DNA from: an uncultured Eubacteriales bacterium
GTDB taxonomy: Bacteria; Bacillota; Clostridia; Lachnospirales; JAISER01
Assembly (NCBI GenBank): GCA_964545475.1
Contig: CAZJGG010000001.1
Coordinates: 6,173-70,172, forward strand
Length of the DNA stretch: 64,000 nt
Direction of reading: 5' to 3'
Shown here: positions 56,459 to 64,000 of the stretch, piece after piece
Numbering within the stretch: position 1 is the first letter of the stretch
Layout of the letters: the number at the start of each line of letters is the position of its first letter
Translations under genes and position numbers: made by a program
Notes under the pieces: model-generated
Told to the model about the DNA's origin: nothing
Seen by the model: only the letters and a program-made list of their open reading frames with translations
The model's database searches: none

Positions 56459-57886
56459 TTAATGTGATAACAATATATCTTTATTAAGCTGCCCTGGCTC
56501 GGTCATGCGGTAAGGGTCAAGCAAGCTATTAAGCTGGTCCTCGTTAAGCAAATTTCGTTCTAAAACAATTTCACGTATTGTTTTGCCTGTTTCCATTGCT
56601 TCCTTGGCAATTTCTGCTGATGTATCATAACCGATATAGGGGCTTAATGCCGTAATTGTACCAACGCTTTTGTCCACATAATCTTTACAGCGTGATGCAT
56701 TACATGTTATACCGGAAATGCAGTTATCAACAAAAGTATTGACAGCAAAACCTAATGTATCAATTGACTGAAACAGACAGTACAACACAATTGGCTCAAA
56801 AGCGTTAAGCTCCAACTGCCCTGCCTCAGAAGCAAGTGTAATTGTTAAGTCGTTGCCGATAATGTTAAACGCAACCTGGCTGACAACCTCTGGTATAACA
56901 GGGTTAATTTTTCCGGGCATTATTGAAGAGCCGTTTTGCTTCGGCGGCAAGTTAATTTCTCCAAAGCCGCAGTAAGGTCCGGAGGACATAAGCCGCAAAT
57001 CGTTAGCGATTTTAGAGAGGGTTACGGCACAGGCTTTAATTGCGCCGGAAACAGCAACAAATGAGTCGAGGTTCTGGGTGGCATCAATTAAGTCTTCAGC
57101 TTGGGTAAGGCGCAAGCCTGAAACATCACTTAACACGGGAACAATGCTGTCAAGATAACGTTTGTCAGCGTTAATTGCAGTACCAATTGCCGTTCCGCCA
57201 AGATTAACATCACGCATTTCATCTTTAGCCTTATCTATACGCCTAACATCTCTAAATATTGCGCATGCATAAGCTTCAAATTCTTGCCCAAGCCGTATTG
57301 GTACGGCATCTTGCATTTGGGTACGCCCCATTTTTATGACAGAATCGAATTCAACCGCTTTTTGCTTTAATGCCTCGTGCAGGCGCATTAATTCTTTATG
57401 AGTGTATTTAAGCAGTTTAAGCGCAGTTATTTTTCCGGCTGTTGGAATAACGTCGTTTGTGGATTGCCCTTGATTCACATGGTCGTTAGGGTTAACAAGA
57501 GTATAATCTCCTTTTTCCCCACCTAATATTTCAATTGCACGGTTTGCAATAACTTCATTGGCGTTCATGTTAAGGGATGTTCCAGCGCCGCCCTGTATGG
57601 GGTCAACTATAAACTGGTCGTGAAGTTTCCCTTCTGTTATTTCATCACAAGCTTTTACAATAGCTTGGGAAATGTTTTCCTCCATTAAGCCGCATTGATA
57701 ATTTGTTATAGCCGCCGCTTTTTTAATTTGCGCCAAACTGTTTATAATTTCATTATGCATACTAAGCCCTGTTATGCGGAAGTTTTCAGAAGCACGCATG
57801 GTTTGAATGCCGTAATAAGCATTAGTTGGTAAGCTTTTTTCTCCAATAGAGTCTCTCTCGGTTCTAAAGGTTGTTGTATCAGTCAT
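56459..57886 (-). CDS. aspA: Aspartate ammonia-lyase
   Basis: RTERDSIGEKSLPTNAYYGIQTMRASENF, signature GSSIMPGKINPV, TQMQDAVP. GAGGTG RBS before ATG 57886. Confidence 0.8.
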   Translation of the reverse strand: MTDTTTFRTERDSIGEKSLPTNAYYGIQTMRASENFRITGLSMHNEIINSLAQIKKAAAITNYQCGLMEENISQAIVKACDEITEGKLHDQFIVDPIQGGAGTSLNMNANEVIANRAIEILGGEKGDYTLVNPNDHVNQGQSTNDVIPTAGKITALKLLKYTHKELMRLHEALKQKAVEFDSVIKMGRTQMQDAVPIRLGQEFEAYACAIFRDVRRIDKAKDEMRDVNLGGTAIGTAINADKRYLDSIVPVLSDVSGLRLTQAEDLIDATQNLDSFVAVSGAIKACAVTLSKIANDLRLMSSGPYCGFGEINLPPKQNGSSIMPGKINPVIPEVVSQVAFNIIGNDLTITLASEAGQLELNAFEPIVLYCLFQSIDTLGFAVNTFVDNCISGITCNASRCKDYVDKSVGTITALSPYIGYDTSAEIAKEAMETGKTIREIVLERNLLNEDQLNSLLDPYRMTEPGQLNKDILLSH

Positions 57887-58029
57887 AAATTTCACCTCGT
57901 ATATCTTTTTTATATGTTGAAACTTCTATATAAATATTGTAATATTTTATTGGGATATAATCAAATATAAATATAATTATAATATATATATTGATTTGTT
58001 TATATTATAGAGGGATGGGGTCAAAAATT

Positions 58030-58971
58030 ATGTTTAGCCATGTAGAATATTTTTTAGAAGTATACAAAACAGGAAGTTTTTCAAAGGCGGCAGATAATTT
58101 ATACATTTCTCAGCCATCTCTAAGCGCAACAATAAAAAAAATAGAGGACCGTATTGGTTGTAGAATTTTTGACCGAAGCACAAACCCAGTTCAGCTAACA
58201 GACTGCGGACAGGAATATATTAAAGCTGTAATGCGCATTACGGAAATAAAAAACGAATTTGAAAATTATTTAAACGACAGAAATGAATTAAAAATAGGGC
58301 GTGTTGCTGTAGGGGTTAGCAATTTATTTGCCTCGTTTATACTTCCGCCTATTATTACCCGTTTTAAACAGCAATATCCCGGCATAGAAATAAACCTTTT
58401 GGAAGCAAGTACAACTCGTTTGGAAAAACAATTATTAGACGGAGAACTTGATATTATTATTGATAACTACGATTTAAACACCGCACTTTATAAAAAAATA
58501 TTTTTCTATAAAGAAAATTTAATACTTGCCGCTCCTTTATCAATGATTATAGACAGCCATTTAGAACCATATCGGCTTACAGCTATGGATATTAGGCAAG
58601 AGAGACATCTCCAGCATGATTTGCCTCAAATTGATTTAAATATGTTTGAAAACCGCCCATTTATATCATTACGAAGCGGCAACGATACTAAAACCCGTTT
58701 TGATAAAATATGCGCAGAAGCCCATTTTAAGCCCAATGTTATATTAGAGCTGGACCAGCTTGCAACAGCTTATCATATAGTGTGTTATGGCATGGGAGTA
58801 ACCCTTGTAAGTGATATGCTTGTTAAAAAAGTTAAGCCGGATGAATCAGTGGCGTTTTTCAAAGTAAATAGCCCTAACATTGTCCGTGATGTGTTTTTTT
58901 ATTATAAGCTTAATAAATATGTTACCAGATCTATGGAAGCTTTCTTATCTATTGCTATGTTACAGTCATAA
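58030..58971 (+). CDS. LysR-family transcriptional regulator
   Basis: N-terminal HTH FLEVYKTGSFSKAADNLYISQPSLSATIKKIE. Divergent from aspA. Confidence 0.85.
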   Translation: MFSHVEYFLEVYKTGSFSKAADNLYISQPSLSATIKKIEDRIGCRIFDRSTNPVQLTDCGQEYIKAVMRITEIKNEFENYLNDRNELKIGRVAVGVSNLFASFILPPIITRFKQQYPGIEINLLEASTTRLEKQLLDGELDIIIDNYDLNTALYKKIFFYKENLILAAPLSMIIDSHLEPYRLTAMDIRQERHLQHDLPQIDLNMFENRPFISLRSGNDTKTRFDKICAEAHFKPNVILELDQLATAYHIVCYGMGVTLVSDMLVKKVKPDESVAFFKVNSPNIVRDVFFYYKLNKYVTRSMEAFLSIAMLQS

Positions 58972-58974
58972 CAA

Positions 58975-59017
58975 AAAACCGTTATTCCTACCCCGACGGA
59001 GTAGAAATAACGGTTTT
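58975..59017. terminator. Bidirectional terminator hairpin
   Basis: aaaaccgttattcctac-cccgacgga-gtagaaataacggtttt, a 17-bp stem with 1 mismatch. Confidence 0.7.
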
Positions 59018-59026
59018 AAATAATTT

Positions 59027-60421
59027 TTATGCTTCCGCAAAGAAAATTTTGCTTTTATCCATCATAAACGGCCAATACACTCCGCAAAGATTAGACATTG
59101 GTAAAACTTCGTCACGAATATTAATTCCCAAAACTTCACGCATCATTTTTTGTCTTTTCATAATTTTAGTGTAAATTTCTGGGTATTCTTTTTCAAGCTC
59201 CTTGCGTAATTTCTCGTCTGCAATTATAATGCCGTCTTCGCAAATTGCTTTTTTGGTTGGGTTTGTGCCTGATGCAATAATATCGCATTGTAAATGGCTT
59301 CCGCTGTGAAGCTTTATTTTAGAGTCTTTATAGAAAGAAGAGTTGGTCCATTCGTCTGCCCCAATGTTATGCCCTGGGTTTAAAAGCAATCCGAAATAAT
59401 CTCCGCCAACAATGTCCATTACACCGTCATAAATTTTGCCTGTTTCTTCGCCAATTTGGAGAGATTCATACCACTTAACAACCGCTTGGTAGTAACCTTT
59501 ATAAAAGCCTTCTATCTCTTTTTCAAGCCCGTTTTTGCAGCTTGCTTCGTCAAAGGCGGCAATGCTTGCCCTGCATGTAAGGCTATAACGTAAGGAATAA
59601 CATATAGAAGCAATTTCTCCAATTTCAAGCTTATATTCTGCCGGGCTTTTTAAACCTATATTAACGCTTTCTTCACCAAAGCAAACCATTGGGTGAACGT
59701 TTGTAGGGTGCATATATGAGGGTATACAACTTAATTCAATTTCAGTTATGCCTTCTTTCATTTTGTTAAACATGGTTAAAAAGACATTACTTACATTTGC
59801 GTTCATATAATCAATCATTGCAATTTCTTTAGCTGTTCTGACAGACATTCTAAGCCCATCCGGCAAACCTGTCATAATATCTGTATAATTTTGTACGTTG
59901 CATTTTTTACTTTCAATTGCTTTAAGAATATAATGAGGAATGTCAAACTCATCTCTTATTATGTTGTTTTCATTGTCTGTTAAATATTTGTAACCCATTA
60001 CGCCAACTTTGCTGGTTGGTAAAATGCCCATATCGTCAAAAATTGCTTCCAATGGTTTTACGTTGTCTCTTTGCTGCCCTTGAAGCCCAAAGTTTAGATA
60101 CAAAATTACTGTTAATGGATAAGGAATTGCGGAGCTGTAGCCTAACCCTTCCGTACCAACAAGAAGCCACATATTTTTATTTTTATCAACTACAAATAAC
60201 GTTTCTTCAAACCTTGGGTCGTAACCTGTGAAGTAGTCAACATTCATAAAATGCTCTCTGTCGCCGTACATAACGGCAAAGTCAAGTCCATTCGCCTTCA
60301 TTTTATCGGCAAGTCTGTCAATTCTATCTAAATAATCCTCTTTGTTAAACTTAACCATTTCTCCGATTTTTTCTTCTTGTAAAAAAAATGAATCACATGT
60401 TTTTATACCAATTTTTTTCAT
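59027..60421 (-). CDS. M24 (creatinase/prolidase)-like hydrolase, putative
   Basis: N-terminal creatinase/prolidase-N-like region (YLDRIDRL..KM..NGLDFAVMYGDREH) and a pita-bread-like C-terminus (NPGHNIG). Metal ligands not verified. Confidence 0.45.
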   Translation of the reverse strand: MKKIGIKTCDSFFLQEEKIGEMVKFNKEDYLDRIDRLADKMKANGLDFAVMYGDREHFMNVDYFTGYDPRFEETLFVVDKNKNMWLLVGTEGLGYSSAIPYPLTVILYLNFGLQGQQRDNVKPLEAIFDDMGILPTSKVGVMGYKYLTDNENNIIRDEFDIPHYILKAIESKKCNVQNYTDIMTGLPDGLRMSVRTAKEIAMIDYMNANVSNVFLTMFNKMKEGITEIELSCIPSYMHPTNVHPMVCFGEESVNIGLKSPAEYKLEIGEIASICYSLRYSLTCRASIAAFDEASCKNGLEKEIEGFYKGYYQAVVKWYESLQIGEETGKIYDGVMDIVGGDYFGLLLNPGHNIGADEWTNSSFYKDSKIKLHSGSHLQCDIIASGTNPTKKAICEDGIIIADEKLRKELEKEYPEIYTKIMKRQKMMREVLGINIRDEVLPMSNLCGVYWPFMMDKSKIFFAEA

Positions 60422-60458
60422 TATACACCTCGTAAGTTATACTGATTTTAGAATTTTA

Positions 60459-61463
60459 TTATATTTCAAACAAAAGCTTGTAAACTGCCGTTTCCATACC
60501 GCAATCGTTTTTAACGGATTCCGGGAAGTTTTCTTTAAGCTCATTAATAAGCTCTTTGTCTTTATATCCGATCTGTTCAAGTAAACGTATAGTAATCAGG
60601 TTAAGCAAGTCATAAGAACCGTCTGCAAGCTTTATGAAAAACCCGATACCTTCGTCTTTTAGCCCAAGGCATTGTATGCCTAATGCACCCTGCTTGCAAA
60701 TCATGTTTTCATTGCCGCTTATTATTGTGTCGATATGACCGTGTGCGGAATAAAGCCTTGGGGCTGTTTGAACCGCTTTTACACATACCTCTGCGGCACT
60801 TCTAATGTCACTGTTTCTAACCATTTCCGGCTTAACAAGCTTTAAAAACGACTTTGCAATATTCATGCTTTTAACGCCGAAAACAGGTACGCCGCAACCG
60901 TCAGTCCCTAGGACTACTTCTGTCGCTTCTGTTTCTGAAAAATCCGAGATCAGCCCTAAAATATGCTTCTGTACTAAGCTATCCGGCTTATAATAATCGG
61001 CTTCATTGCCGCCAAGTTCTCTTTGAACAATATTACATGCAATATGTTTGCCGATACAGTTGTGATAAAGTTTGCTTTTAGGCTTATCTTCCCGTATCAT
61101 ATAATCTCTTGCTTCCTGAAACAAAGGGTAGGTGGGAAGCATTACGAGATTATCGTATTTCACTTTTGTTTTTTCCATTAAAGACTCAATATAAGGAATA
61201 TGGCTAAGTTCACACCGTTGTGAACCGCACATAACCGCCAATTCTTCATCGGTTATACCGTATTTGTCTTTCAAACCTAGGTAAACTACAGGCAGCGCTT
61301 GAATAGGCTTAGAAGCGGAGCGATAAAACGCTGTATTTTCGGAGTTACCAAAAGACCAACACTTTTCGCCGGAAAACATGGAGATATTCCCGTAATATGT
61401 ACACTCCGTAAGCCCTCCTCTTTCCAAAACAGCTATTGGCTCGTAATTATTCAAGTGTCTCAT
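60459..61463 (-). CDS. Asparaginase-II family (PF06089-like) protein
   Basis: ERGGLTECTYYGNISMF, FYRSASKPIQALP, GTDGCGVPVF motifs. Confidence 0.65.
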   Translation of the reverse strand: MRHLNNYEPIAVLERGGLTECTYYGNISMFSGEKCWSFGNSENTAFYRSASKPIQALPVVYLGLKDKYGITDEELAVMCGSQRCELSHIPYIESLMEKTKVKYDNLVMLPTYPLFQEARDYMIREDKPKSKLYHNCIGKHIACNIVQRELGGNEADYYKPDSLVQKHILGLISDFSETEATEVVLGTDGCGVPVFGVKSMNIAKSFLKLVKPEMVRNSDIRSAAEVCVKAVQTAPRLYSAHGHIDTIISGNENMICKQGALGIQCLGLKDEGIGFFIKLADGSYDLLNLITIRLLEQIGYKDKELINELKENFPESVKNDCGMETAVYKLLFEI

Positions 61464-61466
61464 CTC

Positions 61467-62306
61467 CTATTCTTTAACTGCTCCAGATGTAAGACCGGAA
61501 ACAATATATTGCTGAACCATAAAAAACATAATGACAACGGGAATAAGCGTTACAATACCTGCCGCAGACATTTTTCCCCAGTCAATATCATATTTTTGCA
61601 CAAAGTTCATAAGCCCGGCGGGGATTGTTCTTTTTGCTTCTGATGAAATCATCATTGTGGCATAAAAAAGCTCATTCCATGCGCCGGTAAATGCGAAAAC
61701 AAACACCGCTACAACCCCGGGAAGCATTGTAGGCAAAATTATGCGAAGAACAGCTTGAAACCTGCTGCAGCCGTCCATCATGGCGGCTTCTTCCAGCGTT
61801 ACAGGAATTCCCTTAAAAAATGTTGAAGCAGTAATTAAGCAAAACGGTATGTTGCTAACTGTATAGCTTAAAATTAGGGCTAAATGATTGTCTACTATGC
61901 CAAGCTTAGAATACATTACAAACATTGGTATAATTGCCGTTATCATGGGGATCATTTGGGAACAAATAAGAAAAATAAAAATAAACCCTTTGCCCCTAAA
62001 TTTATACCTAGCAAGCGCATATCCGCCCAAAAGTGCAATTACCAAAACATTAGCAGAGCTTATTAACGTTACAAATAAGCTGTTTTTAATATATGTATCA
62101 AAATGTGTTACCTTAATCATATCTATATAGTTTTGAAAAGTTGGCATATGGGGAAAAAATGTAGGCTTTGTAAAATGTATTTCAATGCTTGTTTTAAGCG
62201 ACGTATTCAAAAGCCAATAAAAAGGAAACAGCGTAATAAATAAAAATATAAGCAGTGCAATATATTTAAAAATTTTTAATGCCAATGCATTATAGTTTTT
62301 CTCCAT
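61467..62306 (-). CDS. Carbohydrate-type ABC transporter permease (MalG-like)
   Basis: 6 TM segments. EAA loop LEEAAMMDGCSRFQAVLRIILP. Confidence 0.85.
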   Translation of the reverse strand: MEKNYNALALKIFKYIALLIFLFITLFPFYWLLNTSLKTSIEIHFTKPTFFPHMPTFQNYIDMIKVTHFDTYIKNSLFVTLISSANVLVIALLGGYALARYKFRGKGFIFIFLICSQMIPMITAIIPMFVMYSKLGIVDNHLALILSYTVSNIPFCLITASTFFKGIPVTLEEAAMMDGCSRFQAVLRIILPTMLPGVVAVFVFAFTGAWNELFYATMMISSEAKRTIPAGLMNFVQKYDIDWGKMSAAGIVTLIPVVIMFFMVQQYIVSGLTSGAVKE

Positions 62307-63205
62307 TAGCTATCACCATCGCTTTCATATTTAGTAATGCGTAAATAAAGCACAGCGAATACCGCTAGAATAGCCATAATTAAAATACCAACCGCCGCAC
62401 CGTAGCCAAAGTCCAACGTGTAAAATGCCTGATTAAACACATAAAGAGGAAGTATGTTGGAGGTATTAGCCGGTCCTCCGTTTGTCATAACATAAATAAC
62501 GTCTGGGGAATTAAACACCCATATAACACGCAGCAGTAACGTCATTAATATTGTAGGCTTAACAAGCGGAACTGTAATGTAAAAAAACCTCTGAGTACTG
62601 CTTGCGCCGTCTATATGCGCCGCCTCAAATATGTCATTTGAAATAGATTGAAGTGCCGCAAGAATCATAATGCCGAAAAACGGAATTCCGTACCATATCA
62701 TGGCAACTATAGGACCAACTAAAGAAAACTTTTCAGTACCCAGCCATGAAATTGGCTCTTTAATAATATTTAAATCCATTAAAAATATATTTAAAATACC
62801 GCCGTTTTCATTAAATATAAGCTTAAAAATTAAGCCGATTAAAAACCCGGAAACAGCCCAAGGCAAAAAAGTAAGGGATTGATATGTTTTTTTGCCAAAA
62901 AATTTTGTGTTAAGCAACATTGCAATGGTAAAGCCAAGTACAAACTGAACAGACACAACACAAGTAACCCATTTTATAGAATTTACTATAACCATGCCAA
63001 GCTCTTTATCTTGAAAAAGCTTCATGTAATTTTTAAATTGATTGAAATATATGTCCCCCGGTGTAAGCAAGTTATAATTAAGCAACGATATACGCACACT
63101 GTCAATAAACGGATACCCCATTAATGCAATGATAAAAATTATAGCCGGCGATAAAAGCAAATAGGGAGCTAATTTTGATTTCCAGTTGGTTTTGTAACCA
63201 TCCAT
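62306..63205 (-). CDS. Carbohydrate-type ABC transporter permease (MalF-like)
   Basis: 6 TM segments. EAA loop FEAAHIDGASSTQRFFYITVP. Confidence 0.85.
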   Translation of the reverse strand: MDGYKTNWKSKLAPYLLLSPAIIFIIALMGYPFIDSVRISLLNYNLLTPGDIYFNQFKNYMKLFQDKELGMVIVNSIKWVTCVVSVQFVLGFTIAMLLNTKFFGKKTYQSLTFLPWAVSGFLIGLIFKLIFNENGGILNIFLMDLNIIKEPISWLGTEKFSLVGPIVAMIWYGIPFFGIMILAALQSISNDIFEAAHIDGASSTQRFFYITVPLVKPTILMTLLLRVIWVFNSPDVIYVMTNGGPANTSNILPLYVFNQAFYTLDFGYGAAVGILIMAILAVFAVLYLRITKYESDGDS

Positions 63206-63290
63206 TTTACCACTTCCTATATATCATGCGTAATATTACAGCACTTTGGTTTTATATATAAAGCCAAAGTGCTGTTTTAATCCGCCAAAA

Positions 63291-64000
63291 TTATTGGTTT
63301 AAAACGTCTTTTTCATAGTTTTCTTTCATCCATGCAGCAATATTTGCCAATGTTTCTTCTGCAGTTTGCTTGCCGGACATATATTTTTGTGTTTCAAGCT
63401 TTCCAAATTCTGATAAGAAATAACCCCATTGAGAAAGCTCTGTAGGCTGAGAAGCATAAGAAATCTTAGGATCAAGCAATTGGTCTGCATAAGGTTTCAT
63501 ATTATCAGACTGGAAGAATTCGTTTTGCAAGCCTGATTGATAAATCGGCAATGAGCCTGTTGCTATACAATATTCTGTGTTAATATCCGGCTGGCTAATG
63601 TATTTAACAAATTCAGCTGCGCCATCAGCCGCTTTGGATTCTGCGGAAATCATATAAGCGGAAGTATAACCGAATGTCATATAATTTTTTTCTGCTCCTG
63701 ATTTAACTGGTTGTCTAAGGATTTTCCATGTTCCCGGTTCCATACTGCCTTGGCATGTTAAAGCAACTTCCGGAGTTTGGTTAAGCGTTGCGCATTGTCC
63801 GTTTAAGAAACCTTCAACCATTTCTTTAAAGCCCCAGTTTATGGAATCTGTCGGTGCTTCATTATTCATATATGGTGCAAAAAATTGTTTAAAAAGGTCA
63901 AGTGCTCTTGGGTCTTCAAAAATAGAAGTGCTTGTGCCATCTGGGAAAGCGCTTCCAACTTCAAGGTTTGAAACCATATATTCATACAAGCGTAAATTGC
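63291..64000 (-). CDS. ABC transporter extracellular solute-binding protein (C-terminal part; continues past the window edge)
   Basis: The frame stays open upstream of the listed TTG to nt 64000. SBP-like composition. First gene of the permease operon. Confidence 0.7.
   Translation of the reverse strand, partial: NLRLYEYMVSNLEVGSAFPDGTSTSIFEDPRALDLFKQFFAPYMNNEAPTDSINWGFKEMVEGFLNGQCATLNQTPEVALTCQGSMEPGTWKILRQPVKSGAEKNYMTFGYTSAYMISAESKAADGAAEFVKYISQPDINTEYCIATGSLPIYQSGLQNEFFQSDNMKPYADQLLDPKISYASQPTELSQWGYFLSEFGKLETQKYMSGKQTAEETLANIAAWMKENYEKDVLNQ

Overview
About 46.5 kb of a low-GC, Firmicutes/Clostridia-type prophage, followed by about 17.5 kb of host chromosome. All calls come from reading the ORF track and the DNA by eye. 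No BLAST or HMM search was run, so family names are motif-level recognitions, not database hits. The prophage is a contractile-tailed temperate phage and all its genes lie on the + strand. Its order is: recombination module (RecT, MBL-fold hydrolase, HNH); a DnaD-domain replisome organizer with iteron-like repeats inside the gene; an accessory block (HsdM-like SAM-binding protein without the catalytic motif, PcfK-like, PcfJ-like); a phage beta sliding clamp; a TubR/TubZ-like pair; a DUF5131 (CX3CX2C) protein; a PD-(D/E)xK nuclease with an SNF2 helicase; many small Cys-rich early ORFs; ASCH; a sigma-like late regulator. Then come terS/terL, portal, head morphogenesis protein, scaffold, capsid, neck, sheath, tube, a frameshifted chaperone and the tape measure. 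A terminator-bounded moron follows, then the baseplate (hub, spike, PAAR, W-like, J), fibres, a membrane protein, an orphan Dam, an XRE HTH, holin, M15 endolysin, a GH19-like second lysin and four small cargo ORFs. The phage block ends next to tRNA-Gly(UCC). No integrase or repressor is present in the window, so the lysogeny module is presumably upstream of position 1. Host genes are: deoxyinosine DNA glycosylase, a secreted Gly-rich protein, ArsC-type reductase, an OmpR/HK two-component system, a thioredoxin-rhodanese fusion, a flavodiiron protein, alaS, aspA, a LysR regulator, an M24-like hydrolase, an asparaginase-II family protein and a sugar-type ABC transporter (truncated at the window edge). 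The most interesting observation is that two adjacent early proteins end in the consensus beta-clamp-binding pentapeptide QLSLF, encoded by different codons. A third ends in QLTLV, and the phage carries its own dnaN. Other leads are the tubulin-like partition cassette in an apparently integrated prophage, the intragenic origin, the DUF5131-nuclease-SNF2 block, the tail-module moron and the post-lysis cargo.
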